DNA of 64,000 nucleotides from Acidimicrobiales bacterium (GTDB lineage Bacteria > Actinomycetota > Acidimicrobiia > Acidimicrobiales > SZUA-35), in contig JBKDZN010000057.1 of NCBI GenBank assembly GCA_047971245.1, positions 4,716-68,715 on the forward strand, read 5' to 3'. How positions within the stretch are numbered: the first letter of the stretch is position 1; every line of letters starts with the position of its first letter. This document shows, one piece after another, positions 26,086-35,638 of this stretch. The notes below the pieces were generated by a model. It did not search any database. It was not told the origin of the DNA and was given only the letters and a program-made list of their open reading frames with translations. The position numbers and the translations under genes are program-made.

Positions 26086-27009
26086 ATGGTGATCGACGCC
26101 GACGTTGCCCTCCTGGCCGAGTTGGCCCCCGAGGCCGAACGGCTCCTGGAGCGCCATCTCACCGGTACGAAGGAATGGCATCCCCACACGATGGTGCCGT
26201 GGTCGCGGGGACGCGATTTCGAGCCCGGCTACGAATGGAGCCCGGAGGAGACCAACCTGTCGGAACCGGTCCGGGCCGCCCTGTTCGTGAACCTCCTCAC
26301 CGAGGACAACCTGCCGTACTACTTCCGGGACATCGAGCGGATGTTCGGTCGGGACGGGTCCTGGGGAGAATGGGTTCGCCGGTGGACCGCCGAGGAGGCC
26401 CGGCACTCGGCGGTGATCCGTGACTATCTGACCGTCACCCGGGCGGTCGATCCCGGCGAGCTCGAGGACGCCCGCATGGTGCAGATGTCGGGCGGGCAGG
26501 TCCCGGAACCGCCGTCCGCCGCCGACGGGCTGGTGTACGTCACTCTGCAGGAGTTGGCCACCCGGATCTCGCATCGCAACACCGGGGAACACCTGAAGGA
26601 CACCGACCGGGTCGGCTACGACATCATGCGTCGGGTGGCGATCGACGAGAACCACCATTTCCTCTTCTACCGCGACATGGCCACCGCCATGCTGGAGGTC
26701 GATCCGAGCCTGGTCGTCAAGGCCATGGAACGCCAGATCATCGGGTTCGCCATGCCGGGTGAAGGGATCCCCGATTTCGGGTCCCGGGCCAAGATCATCG
26801 CGAACGCCGGGATCTACGACCTGAGCCTGCATCACGAGCAGATCCTCGACCCGGTGGTGGTGCGCCACTGGAAGCTCGGTGAGGTGACCGGGCTCGACGC
26901 CGAGGCGGAGCAGGCCCGGGAACGGGTCATGGCGTACATCGAGAAGTCGGGGCGGGTGGCGTCCCGCCTGAAGGCACGGCGCGAGGCGGTGGCGGCGTCC
27001 GGGTCCTGA
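26086..27009 (+). CDS. Acyl-ACP (stearoyl-ACP type) desaturase, di-iron
   Basis: EWHPHTMVPW, LTEDNLPYY, WTAEEARHSAVIRDYL, QELATRISHRNTG and DENHHFLFY (EXXH di-iron motifs). Confidence 0.9.
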   Translation: MVIDADVALLAELAPEAERLLERHLTGTKEWHPHTMVPWSRGRDFEPGYEWSPEETNLSEPVRAALFVNLLTEDNLPYYFRDIERMFGRDGSWGEWVRRWTAEEARHSAVIRDYLTVTRAVDPGELEDARMVQMSGGQVPEPPSAADGLVYVTLQELATRISHRNTGEHLKDTDRVGYDIMRRVAIDENHHFLFYRDMATAMLEVDPSLVVKAMERQIIGFAMPGEGIPDFGSRAKIIANAGIYDLSLHHEQILDPVVVRHWKLGEVTGLDAEAEQARERVMAYIEKSGRVASRLKARREAVAASGS

Positions 27010-27050
27010 ACCGCCGGTGCCGGCGTGCCGGCCCGCCCGGCCGATCAACC

Positions 27051-27075
27051 GGTAGCCCGACCCGGTCGGGCTACC
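27051..27075 (+). terminator. Near-perfect 25-nt palindrome between the desaturase gene and ilvA
   Basis: GGTAGCCCGACC-c-GGTCGGGCTACC, 40 nt after the desaturase stop, with no U-tract. It lies inside the over-extended track ORF 27025-28317, which argues for the later ilvA start. Confidence 0.4.
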
Positions 27076-27084
27076 CTGCCCAGG

Positions 27085-28317
27085 GTGCTGCAGCCTCCCC
27101 TCGCGATCGGCTTCGATGACGTCCTGGCCGCGGCGGAGGTCATCAAGGACGACGTGGTGCGCACCCCGTCGGCCCACTCCGCCACCTTGTCGACCATGGT
27201 CGGCGCCGATGTGTGGATCAAGTTCGAGAACCTCCAGTTCACCGGTTCGTTCAAGGACCGGGGTTCAGCCCATCATCTCCGCCTGTTGACCCCCGAGCAG
27301 GCCGAGCGGGGGGTGATCACCCTGTCGGCGGGGAATCACGCCCAGGGCGTGGCCCATCATGCGTCCCGACTCGGTATCGACGCCACGGTGGTCATGTCGA
27401 CCACGGCCCCGTTCTCCAAGGTGGTGGCCACGGAGGCCCTCGGGGCCCGGGTGGTGCAGTACGGCCGCTCGTTCCATGAGGCAGCCATCAAGCTCGACGA
27501 GCTGACCGCCACCCAGCAGCTCCACTACGTGCCCCCGTACGACGATCCCGCCATCATGGCCGGCCAGGGCACGGTGGCGCTGGAGATGCTGGCCGACGTT
27601 CCCGACCTGGACGTGCTCCTCGTGCCGGTCGGCGGTGGTGGCCTCCTGGCCGGGGTGGTCACCGCGGCGAAGGCGCTGAAGCCGTCGATCGAGGTGATCG
27701 GGGTTCAGATCGACCGGTTCGATCCGGTGGCCGCGGCCCGCGACGGTCGGCCGGAACCCGCCGCCGACGTCGACACCCTGGCCGACGGCATCGCGGTCAA
27801 GAACCCCGGTCGGCTGACGGTGCCGATCATCAACACCCTGGCCGACGACGTGGTGGTGGTGAGCGAGGAGGCCACCGAACGGGCCATCGGGTTGCTGCTG
27901 GAGATCGAGAAGACGGTGGCCGAGGGGGCCGGTGCCGTGGCCCTGGCCGCGGCGATGGAGGGGGCCGGCCGGTTCGCCGGTCGCCGGCTCGGCCTGGTCC
28001 TCTCCGGCGGCAACATCGATTCCCGGGTGCTCGCCTCGGTCCTGATGCGGGGCCTGGCCCGGAGTGGGCGGGTGGCGGCCATGCGGATCCTCCTCCAGGA
28101 CCTCCCCGGCGAGCTGGCCCGGGTCGTCGACGCCATCGCCGGGGCCGGAGCCAACATCATCGAGATCGACCATCGGCGCTTGTTCGACCCGATCTCGGCC
28201 CGGAGCACCAACGTCGACGTCGTGGTGGAGATCCGCAATCCGGCCCACGGCCAGCTCGTGATGGAACGGATCCGGGCCATCGGCCTCGACGTGCTGAGCC
28301 TGTCGGAACGGTCCTGA
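27085..28317 (+). CDS. ilvA: Threonine ammonia-lyase (threonine dehydratase), short form with C-terminal ACT-like domain
   Basis: PLP lysine motif ENLQFTGSFKDRG, SAGNHAQGVA and LLVPVGGGGL. C-terminal regulatory domain RILLQDLPGELARVVDAIAGAGANIIEIDH. Confidence 0.8.
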   Translation: MLQPPLAIGFDDVLAAAEVIKDDVVRTPSAHSATLSTMVGADVWIKFENLQFTGSFKDRGSAHHLRLLTPEQAERGVITLSAGNHAQGVAHHASRLGIDATVVMSTTAPFSKVVATEALGARVVQYGRSFHEAAIKLDELTATQQLHYVPPYDDPAIMAGQGTVALEMLADVPDLDVLLVPVGGGGLLAGVVTAAKALKPSIEVIGVQIDRFDPVAAARDGRPEPAADVDTLADGIAVKNPGRLTVPIINTLADDVVVVSEEATERAIGLLLEIEKTVAEGAGAVALAAAMEGAGRFAGRRLGLVLSGGNIDSRVLASVLMRGLARSGRVAAMRILLQDLPGELARVVDAIAGAGANIIEIDHRRLFDPISARSTNVDVVVEIRNPAHGQLVMERIRAIGLDVLSLSERS

Positions 28318-28424
28318 ACCCGTCGCACCGCTCACCCCGGCCCGCTCCGGTTCCGGGTGGCGGGAGCCGATCGGGAGCCGGGAGATCTGGACGGTGCGGG
28401 TCGCCGTGAGCCAGGCTCCGGAGC

Positions 28425-29153
28425 ATGCCCGACCCCGACCCCGAGCCCGACATCGAGACCGGTGCCGTCCACCCGCTGGACGATCTGCAAGCCATGGCCA
28501 TGCAGGCGGTACCGGTGGACGATGGTCTCGAACACGTCGAGCTGTACACGCCGAAGGGGCTGCTGACCCTGTTGTGGCACGGGTCGCGGGAGGCCGAGGC
28601 GTTCGTGGTCTGTGTGGGTGGGGCCATGGGTGGCCTCCTCGGGCCGGACGGTGGGGTCTACCACCGGTTGGGCCGGTCCCTGGCCGAGCGGGGACTGGGG
28701 GTGATCCGGGTCAGCTACCGGTGTCCCAACGACCTCGACCTGTGCGTGACCGACACCCTGGCCGCCGTGGAGCTGGCCTTCCGGCACGGGGGCCGGCGGT
28801 TCGTCACCGTCGGCCATTCCTTCGGCGGAGCCGTTGCCGTGCGGGCCGCAGCCCACGCCGAACCGGCCCGAGCGCCCGGGGTGGTCACCCTGGCCACGCA
28901 GACGGCGGGGTGCGAACCCATCAGCGAGATGGGTGACCGGCGCTTCCTGTTCATCCACGGCACCGCCGACCAGATCCTGCCCCATCAGGCCAGCGAGCTG
29001 GTGCGGTATCTGGCCGGGACCGGTGAGCTGGTCCTGCTCGACGGCGCCGACCACCTCCTGGCCCCGGCCGGTGCCGAGGTGACCGAACGGCTCGTGGCCT
29101 GGTTGCCCGAGACCTTGGCGGTGCCCGACGACCCGGCCCCGACATCTGACTGA
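28425..29153 (+). CDS. Alpha/beta hydrolase (dienelactone-hydrolase-like)
   Basis: Nucleophile elbow VTVGHSFGGAVAV and a late FIHGTADQILPH segment. Confidence 0.65.
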   Translation: MPDPDPEPDIETGAVHPLDDLQAMAMQAVPVDDGLEHVELYTPKGLLTLLWHGSREAEAFVVCVGGAMGGLLGPDGGVYHRLGRSLAERGLGVIRVSYRCPNDLDLCVTDTLAAVELAFRHGGRRFVTVGHSFGGAVAVRAAAHAEPARAPGVVTLATQTAGCEPISEMGDRRFLFIHGTADQILPHQASELVRYLAGTGELVLLDGADHLLAPAGAEVTERLVAWLPETLAVPDDPAPTSD

Positions 29154-29241
29154 CCGCCACCGTTATCGTCGACCCCGACGCACGGTCCATCTCCCCCGGA
29201 TCTGACCCTTGACCGACCCGTCGAGAAGAGGCGACCATCCC

Positions 29242-30474
29242 ATGACGACCGACCAGCTCATGACAACCGAGCCCCACACCCGGGTGGTTCGATCACCCGG
29301 TCGTTGCCGGGCTCGCCTGCTGCTCCTGGTGGCCGGGGTGGTATTGCTGCTGACCGGTTGCGTGACCCTGACCGGGGAGGTCGACCTGGATGAGCAGGGG
29401 ACCAGCTCGGGGGAGCTGGTCTACGAGATCGACCAGGACGTCGCGGCGGCCAGCGGTATCACCTCCGCCGACGATCTCACCGAACAGATCGAAGCCGAGC
29501 AGACCGATGAGGCAACGACGATCGAGGTGGAGACGACCGACAGCACCTACCGGATCATGTTGACCTCGTCGGCCTTCCCGCCCGACGACGTGCCCTGGTC
29601 GGTCAGCACGGCCGGCTCGATCCAGACCATCAGCCTGACCGTGGCCGAACCGTCGACCTCAGGCCGGATCGATGTCACCATCAACACCGCCGGCTACATC
29701 ACCGAGACCGACGGCCAGTACCTGGAGCGGGTCGACGACGACACCTTGCGGATCAACGGGCCGCTCACCGAGGCCTGGTCGGTGGAGGCCACGGTCGACA
29801 CCAGCCGAAGCGTCGGGGGCGTCCCCACCGGGATCCTGTGGGCGGTCGGGCTCCTGCTCGTGATCGGTTTGGGTGCGGTCGCCGCGGTCCTGCTCACCCG
29901 AGGCAGGTCGTCGGGCCGTGGCGGAGCGCCGGGTACCGGCCCGTCGTCCGGTCAGTGGGGTCAGCCGGGTCAGCCGGGTCCGGGCCAGGCCGGACGGGGT
30001 CAGGGGGGTCAGCCCGGGCAGCCGGGTCCGGGTTCGTGGGGTCAGCCCGCGCCGGGTCAGCCCGGTCCGTCCGGGCCGCCGGGTCACGTTGCGCCCGGGC
30101 CGTGGGGCGGGGCCGCCCCCGGGCAGCCGGGTCAGCCGGGTCAGCCGGGTCCGGGGTCGTGGGGTCAGCCCGCGCCGGGCCAACCGCCGGGTCAGCCCGC
30201 GCCGGGCCAACCGCCGGGTCAGCCCGGTCCAGGTTCGTGGGGTCAGACCGCGCCGGGCCAACCGCCGGGTCAGCCCGGTCCGGGTCCGTGGGGTCAGACC
30301 GCGCCGGGCCAGCCGCCGGGTCAGCCGGGTCCGGGTCAGTGGGGTCAGACCGCGCCGGGTCAGCCGCCGGGGCAGTCGGGTCCCGGTTCGTGGGGTCAAC
30401 CTGCACCGGGGCAGCCGGACGGGGTGGACAACTGGCCCTCGCCGCCTCAGGACCCACCGTCCGGCCAGGGCTGA
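29242..30474 (+). CDS. Lipoprotein-like membrane protein with a long Pro/Gly/Gln-rich repeat tail
   Basis: LLLLVAGVVLLLTGC lipobox, an acidic extracytoplasmic domain of about 190 aa, a second TM (ILWAVGLLLVIGLGAVAAVLL), then about 170 aa of PGQPGPGSWGQ(P/T)APGQ repeats. The ORF opens at TTG 29209. Confidence 0.6.
   Translation: MTTDQLMTTEPHTRVVRSPGRCRARLLLLVAGVVLLLTGCVTLTGEVDLDEQGTSSGELVYEIDQDVAAASGITSADDLTEQIEAEQTDEATTIEVETTDSTYRIMLTSSAFPPDDVPWSVSTAGSIQTISLTVAEPSTSGRIDVTINTAGYITETDGQYLERVDDDTLRINGPLTEAWSVEATVDTSRSVGGVPTGILWAVGLLLVIGLGAVAAVLLTRGRSSGRGGAPGTGPSSGQWGQPGQPGPGQAGRGQGGQPGQPGPGSWGQPAPGQPGPSGPPGHVAPGPWGGAAPGQPGQPGQPGPGSWGQPAPGQPPGQPAPGQPPGQPGPGSWGQTAPGQPPGQPGPGPWGQTAPGQPPGQPGPGQWGQTAPGQPPGQSGPGSWGQPAPGQPDGVDNWPSPPQDPPSGQG
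30211..30414 (+). repeat. 51-nt tandem repeat, 4 copies, within a larger low-complexity tract (about 29925-30440)
   Basis: ccgccgggtcagcccggtcc.ggt.cgtggggtcagaccgcgccgggcca. starts at 30211, 30262, 30313 and 30364. Each copy encodes PPGQPGPG(S/P/Q)WGQ(T/P)APGQ. Confidence 0.85.
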
Positions 30475-30547
30475 GCCCGGCACTGGCGTCGGTGACCATG
30501 GCGCGGCGATGCTGGCTGCGGTCGCCGACGACGTAGGGGGAAGCATC

Positions 30548-31639
30548 ATGACCGCGGATTCCACCGGATCACCGGAACTCTGGACCACCGGGGTGGCCTC
30601 ACCCCGCCGGGTGGCCGGCCACGCGGCCGCGGCGGAGGCGGCCGGCTGGGACGGTCTCGTGGTGGTCGATTCCCAGAATCTCTCCGGTGACTGCTACGTG
30701 GCGCTGACCATGGCCGCGCAGGCCACCGAGCGGCTGCGCCTGGGTACGGGCGTGACGAATCCGGTCACCCGCCACCCGGCGGTCACCGCGGCCGCCATCG
30801 GCAGCGTGCACGCGGTGTCGGACGGTCGTGCCGTGCTGGGGATCGGCCGGGGTGATTCGGCGCTCGCCCATCTGGGTCGGGCCCCGGCCTCGCCGGCGGC
30901 GCTCGAGCACTATGTGGCCGTCCTCCAGCGATACCTGGCCGGTGACGAGGTTCCCTTCGACGAGCTGGGGTTCGCCGAGCGAGTGGCCCCACCGGTCGAC
31001 ACCCTGGCCCTGGCCCACGCCCCGGACGCCAGCCGGGTGGCCTGGCTGCCCGGCCGCCGGGCCAAGGTCCCGGTGGAGGTGGCGGCCACCGGACCCAAGG
31101 TGCTGGCCGCCGCGGCCCGGACCGCCGACCGGGTCCTGCTGGCGCTCGGCGCCGACCCCGAACGGGTGGCGTGGGGGATCGACGCCGTCCGCTCTGCCCG
31201 CGCCGCGGCCGGCCTCGACCCCGACGGGATCGCCATCGGCTCCTACGTGAACGTGGTGGCCCACCCCGACCTGGCCGAGGCCCGAGCCCTGGCCCGGGGC
31301 GGCCTGTCGACCTTCGCCCGCTTCTCCGTCATGCACGGGAAGGTGGCCTCCCCGGCCGGGGACGAGGTCACCAAGGTGCTCGAACAGGTCCACCACGACT
31401 ACGACATGACCGAGCACACCCGCACCGGTTCAGCCCAGGCCGACCTCCTCACCGACGGGTTCGTCGACTCGATGGCCATCGTCGGGTCCCCCGAGCATTG
31501 CGTCGACCGTCTGTCCGCCCTGATCGACCTCGGGGTCAGCAAGCTGCTGTTCGTGGGTCCCTCGGCCGGGTCCGACCCGGCCGAAGCCGAACGGTCACGG
31601 CGCCTGGTCGAGCACGAGGTCCTCCCCGCCCTCCGCTGA
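30548..31639 (+). CDS. LLM-class flavin/F420-dependent oxidoreductase
   Basis: Start MTADSTG behind a GGGGGAAG RBS. AGWDGLVVVDSQNL, LRLGTGVTNPVTRHPAV and GRAVLGIGRGDS. The track ORF 29873-31639 is over-extended. Confidence 0.8.
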   Translation: MTADSTGSPELWTTGVASPRRVAGHAAAAEAAGWDGLVVVDSQNLSGDCYVALTMAAQATERLRLGTGVTNPVTRHPAVTAAAIGSVHAVSDGRAVLGIGRGDSALAHLGRAPASPAALEHYVAVLQRYLAGDEVPFDELGFAERVAPPVDTLALAHAPDASRVAWLPGRRAKVPVEVAATGPKVLAAAARTADRVLLALGADPERVAWGIDAVRSARAAAGLDPDGIAIGSYVNVVAHPDLAEARALARGGLSTFARFSVMHGKVASPAGDEVTKVLEQVHHDYDMTEHTRTGSAQADLLTDGFVDSMAIVGSPEHCVDRLSALIDLGVSKLLFVGPSAGSDPAEAERSRRLVEHEVLPALR

Positions 31640-31675
31640 GCGGCGACCCGGGCGAACGTGCCGGAGCGGGCCCGG

Positions 31676-32581
31676 TCAGGGGACGGATTCGAACCTCACC
31701 TGGTAGAGCACCGGCCACCGCTTCCCGGTCAGGTAGAAGGTGCCATCGGGCCCGGCCGCGATCCCGTTGAGGACGTCGTTGGTTCCCGTCAGCCCCGGGG
31801 GCACCAGGGCGGAGGCATCGATCGTGGCCGCCACCATGCCGGTGTCGGCGTCGATGGCCAGGATCGTGTCGGTGGTCCACACGTTGGCCAACACCTGATC
31901 ACCGACACATTCCAGCTCATTGAGGTCGGAGACGGCCGTGCCGTCGAGGGTGACCTCGACCCGGGAACGCTCCGCCATGGTGGTCGGGTCCCGGCGGGTC
32001 AGGGTGGCCGAGCCGTCGCTCATGATCAGTTCGGGCGCCCCGTCGGCCCCGGTGGTGGCGCACAGACCCCACCCCTCGCCCTGGTAGGCGTCCGCCCGAT
32101 AGTCGGGCGTCCCGTCGGGATCGGCGGCCAGGGCGCTCAACGGGGTGACCACCAGGGTCTGATCCTGCCAGGTGAGCTGGATCACCCGCTCGTCGACGAC
32201 GGTGAGACCTTCGGCGAACAGCCGGTCGTCGAGGTCGATCCGGCCCAGCGGTTCACCGGTGGCGATGTCGACCCGGCGCACGGACGACTTTCCCCGCAGC
32301 CCGGTGCTCTCCAGCAGGGCCCCGTCATACCATTCCAACCCCTGGGTGAAGGCTTCGGGGTCGTGCGGGTACTCGGCGACCACCCGCGGCTCGTAGGCGC
32401 CGGCCAGGCGGGAGCCGTCCGGTTCGGCGACCGAGCTCGCCGGCGGCCCGATCTGCCCGGCGGTCGGCTCGTCGGCCGCCGGGTCGGTGACGGTCGCGCA
32501 CCCGGCCAGGATCAGGGCGGCCGTCAGCGCTGTCGTCGCCCAGACCGGCGCTGCGGATCCGGTGGGGCCCGGGAGGGGCAT
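31676..32581 (-). CDS. Glutaminyl-peptide cyclotransferase (beta-propeller type), lipoprotein
   Basis: Lipobox LILAGC. EYPHDPEAFTQGLEWYDGALLESTGLRGKSSVRRVDIATGE matches bacterial/plant-type glutamine cyclotransferases. Confidence 0.8.
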   Translation of the reverse strand: MPLPGPTGSAAPVWATTALTAALILAGCATVTDPAADEPTAGQIGPPASSVAEPDGSRLAGAYEPRVVAEYPHDPEAFTQGLEWYDGALLESTGLRGKSSVRRVDIATGEPLGRIDLDDRLFAEGLTVVDERVIQLTWQDQTLVVTPLSALAADPDGTPDYRADAYQGEGWGLCATTGADGAPELIMSDGSATLTRRDPTTMAERSRVEVTLDGTAVSDLNELECVGDQVLANVWTTDTILAIDADTGMVAATIDASALVPPGLTGTNDVLNGIAAGPDGTFYLTGKRWPVLYQVRFESVP

Positions 32582-32729
32582 AAACGGCTACGGTATCGGC
32601 GCCCATGGAGGCGGCGGTCACCCCGGTCGGTCCACCCCTCGTCGCCGGGGCAGTAGCGTGACCGGTCGAGGCACCCGGGACGACGGTGCCGCACGATCGT
32701 GCGGCCTCCGGGACCGGAATGGGGGATCG

Positions 32730-33953
32730 ATGTCGACTGATCAGGCCGTACTGGCCGCTGCCACCGACCAGCTGGCCGACCTGGTGGATCTTCGGCGCCG
32801 GCTGCATCGCCGGCCCGAGGTCGGGTTGTACCTGCCGCACACCCAGCAAGCGGTGCTCGACGCCCTGGAAGCGGCCGATCTCCCGGTGGAGATCGCGGCC
32901 GGTTCCGGTGAGGTGTCATGGGTGACGGCCACCCTCACCGGCACCGCGGCACGGCCCGACGGTGACGAGCCGGTCCTGCTGCTGCGGGGGGACATGGATG
33001 CCCTGCCGATGCCGGAGGACACTGGTCTCGACTACGCCTCGACGGTGGACGGGGCCATGCACGCCTGCGGGCACGACGCCCATGTGGCCATGCTGGTGGG
33101 CGCGGCCCGGGTCCTGGCCGATCGCCGAGACGAGCTCGCCGGCACGGTCAAGTTCCTGTTCCAGCCCGGTGAGGAGGGCCACCACGGGGCCCGCTACTGC
33201 ATCAAGGAGGGGGTGCTCGACGCACCGGCCGTCACCGCCGCCTTCGCCCTCCACATCACCCCCAACCTCCCGTCGGGGGTGGTGGCCGGCCGACCGGGTC
33301 CCCTGCTGGCGTCGGCCGACGAGTTCGACGTCACCGTGGTCGGGCGGGGCGGTCACGCCTCCTCGCCCCATCTGGCCGCCGATCCCATCCCGGCCGCCGC
33401 GGAGATCGTCCTCGCCCTCCAGTCGCTCATCACCCGTGAGATCGACGCGTTCGATCCCGCGGTACTCACAGTGGCGTCGATGCGGGCCGGTACCGCCACC
33501 AACGTGATCGCCGAGACGGCCCGGCTCGAGGGCACCATCCGGGCCGTGTCCGACCGGACCCGGGACGCAGTGCATGCCGGCCTGGTCCGGGTGGCGAACC
33601 ATGTGGCCGAGGCGCACGGATGTCACGCCGACGTCGACCTCGCCATCGGCTACCCGGTCACGGTCAACAACGGGGCCGAAGCGGCCCGGGCCGCGGCGGT
33701 GGTGCGCTCCCTGCTCGGTCAGCGGGCCTACCTCGAACTCCGTCAGCCGATGATGGGGGCGGAGGACTGGAGTTACGTGTTGGAACGCGTGCCCGGCTCG
33801 ATGGCGTTCCTCGGGGTGTGCCCCCCGGGTCAGGCGCCGGCCACGGCGGCGTCGGTCCATTCCAACCGGATGACCCTCGACGAGGACGCCATGGCCATCG
33901 GCACCGCGGTGCACGCCGCCGTCGCCCTCAATCGGCTCCAGCCCGAGGGATGA
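32730..33953 (+). CDS. M20-family amidohydrolase (N-acyl-amino acid / hippurate hydrolase type)
   Basis: RRRLHRRPEVG, LLLRGDMDALPM, MHACGHDAHVAML and FLFQPGEEG. Confidence 0.85.
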   Translation: MSTDQAVLAAATDQLADLVDLRRRLHRRPEVGLYLPHTQQAVLDALEAADLPVEIAAGSGEVSWVTATLTGTAARPDGDEPVLLLRGDMDALPMPEDTGLDYASTVDGAMHACGHDAHVAMLVGAARVLADRRDELAGTVKFLFQPGEEGHHGARYCIKEGVLDAPAVTAAFALHITPNLPSGVVAGRPGPLLASADEFDVTVVGRGGHASSPHLAADPIPAAAEIVLALQSLITREIDAFDPAVLTVASMRAGTATNVIAETARLEGTIRAVSDRTRDAVHAGLVRVANHVAEAHGCHADVDLAIGYPVTVNNGAEAARAAAVVRSLLGQRAYLELRQPMMGAEDWSYVLERVPGSMAFLGVCPPGQAPATAASVHSNRMTLDEDAMAIGTAVHAAVALNRLQPEG

Positions 33954-33975
33954 ACCGGAACCGAAGCGGTGGGGG

Positions 33976-34368
33976 TCAGCCCAGTAGGCGGGTTTTGGCG
34001 GCCTTGGAGCGTTCGAGGATGTGAGCGGGGATCTGGCTGGCGATACCGCCACCCCCGTCGTCGCCCGCCGCGGCCTCGACCGCCGGGGTGTCGGCCTGCT
34101 GGTCGGCCCGTTCGGCGGCTTCGGCCCGGGCCGTTTCACGGGCCTGCCATTCGTCGAGCTGGCGAGGCCGTACCAGCTCGTCCTGGGAGATCTGGCCCCG
34201 GAGTCGGCCGTCGTTGAACCGCACCCAGTAGCGGCGCCAGGCGCCGAGGCCGTTGGCCAGCCTGACCTTGCCCTGCGCGCCCGGTTCGAGATCCTCCACC
34301 GGGACGGTGGTCATCACCTTTTCTCCCGGGCGGAACGGGGTGTCGAGATCGATCGTGCTCCTGGCCAT
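33976..34368 (-). CDS. Hypothetical small protein
   Basis: 130 aa from MARSTIDL. The N-terminal half looks beta-rich (YWVRFNDGRLRG) and the tail is acidic/alanine-rich. No family was recognised. Confidence 0.45.
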   Translation of the reverse strand: MARSTIDLDTPFRPGEKVMTTVPVEDLEPGAQGKVRLANGLGAWRRYWVRFNDGRLRGQISQDELVRPRQLDEWQARETARAEAAERADQQADTPAVEAAAGDDGGGGIASQIPAHILERSKAAKTRLLG

Positions 34369-34492
34369 CGGCGCAACGATATCCGGACTGGCACCGTGGC
34401 TGCCGCCCCACGATCGGTGCGGCAACGGTGAGCCCGCGTTTCGCCCCGGATCTTCGGTCCGGCGGCCGAGGTTGGGTACGGTCACGGGAGCC

Positions 34493-35629
34493 ATGAGCAC
34501 CCCGACCCTGACCTCCATCCGTCCGTTCCCCACCTGGCTGCGGGCCGTCCTGGTGCTGGGCCTGATCTATCTGTTCCTGGTCGGGGTCTCGTCGCTGGAG
34601 GGCGGCATCGAGGTCATGGGCAGCGACACCCAGGCCCGCCTGTTCGGCCCGGTCAGCAACCCGCTCGCCGGGCTGTTCGTGGGCCTGCTGGGCACGACCC
34701 TGGTCCAGTCGTCGTCGGCCAGCACCTCCCTCATCGTCGGTCTCGTCGCCTCCGGGGCCTTGTCGGTCGACGACGCCGTCCCCATGATCATGGGCGCCAA
34801 TCTGGGTACGACGGTGACGAACACACTCGTGTCCCTCGGCCACGTCCGGCAGTCCAACGAGTTCCAGCGGGCGTTCGCCACCGCCACGGTCCACGACTTC
34901 TTCAACCTGTTCGCGGTGGCGATCCTGCTGCCGTTGGAACTGATCACCGGCTGGTTGTCGTCCGCCGCCACCTGGATGAGCACCCAGCTCGTCGGCTCCG
35001 GGGGCGCAACCTGGGAGAGCCCGATCAAGCGGTGGGTGAAGGGACCGGTGGGCTGGATCGAAGGGCTGGTCAGCCGGATCAGCGACAACGACAACCTGGT
35101 CGGGGCGTTGATGGTGGCCGCGGGCTTCGTCATCGTCATCGTCTCGCTGGTACTGATCACCCGGAACATGAAGCAGCTGATCGCCCGGCAGGTCGAACGG
35201 TCGATGAACGCCATTCTCAGCCGGGGCGGGGGGCTGATCGGGATGCTCGTCGGGGTGGCGATCACGGTGGCCGTCCAGTCGTCCAGCATCACCACGTCGA
35301 TCCTGATCCCGATGTCGGCCGCCGGGGTGATCACCCTCCGCAACGCCTACCCGGTCGCGCTGGGCGCCAACGTGGGCACCACCATCACCGCCCTGCTCGC
35401 CGCCCTGGCGGCCAGTGAACCCTCCGCCCTCACCATTGCGCTGGTGCACACCCTGTTCAACGTCTCGGGCATCGTGTTGCTGTACGGCATCCCGTTCCTC
35501 CGGCCGTTGCCGCTGCGGGCGGCCGAGCTGTTGGCCGAGGTGGCCGTTCGACAGCGGATGCTCGCGGTGGGGTATGTCCTGATGACCTTCGTCGTCGTGC
35601 CACTCGTCGGGGTGGCCATCCTGCGTTAA
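34493..35629 (+). CDS. Na+/phosphate cotransporter family protein
   Basis: Duplicated QSSS motifs (TTLVQSSSASTSLIVGLV and VAVQSSSITTSILIPM) and GANLGTTVTN / GANVGTTITA. Confidence 0.85.
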   Translation: MSTPTLTSIRPFPTWLRAVLVLGLIYLFLVGVSSLEGGIEVMGSDTQARLFGPVSNPLAGLFVGLLGTTLVQSSSASTSLIVGLVASGALSVDDAVPMIMGANLGTTVTNTLVSLGHVRQSNEFQRAFATATVHDFFNLFAVAILLPLELITGWLSSAATWMSTQLVGSGGATWESPIKRWVKGPVGWIEGLVSRISDNDNLVGALMVAAGFVIVIVSLVLITRNMKQLIARQVERSMNAILSRGGGLIGMLVGVAITVAVQSSSITTSILIPMSAAGVITLRNAYPVALGANVGTTITALLAALAASEPSALTIALVHTLFNVSGIVLLYGIPFLRPLPLRAAELLAEVAVRQRMLAVGYVLMTFVVVPLVGVAILR

Positions 35630-35638
35630 GGGGAATCC

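Noticed and set aside
29873-31639. 588-aa plus-strand ORF
   Set aside because: The N-terminal 225 codons are an alternative frame through the PGQ repeat (RVSPRRANRR… repeats). The LLM oxidoreductase begins at ATG 30548 behind an RBS.
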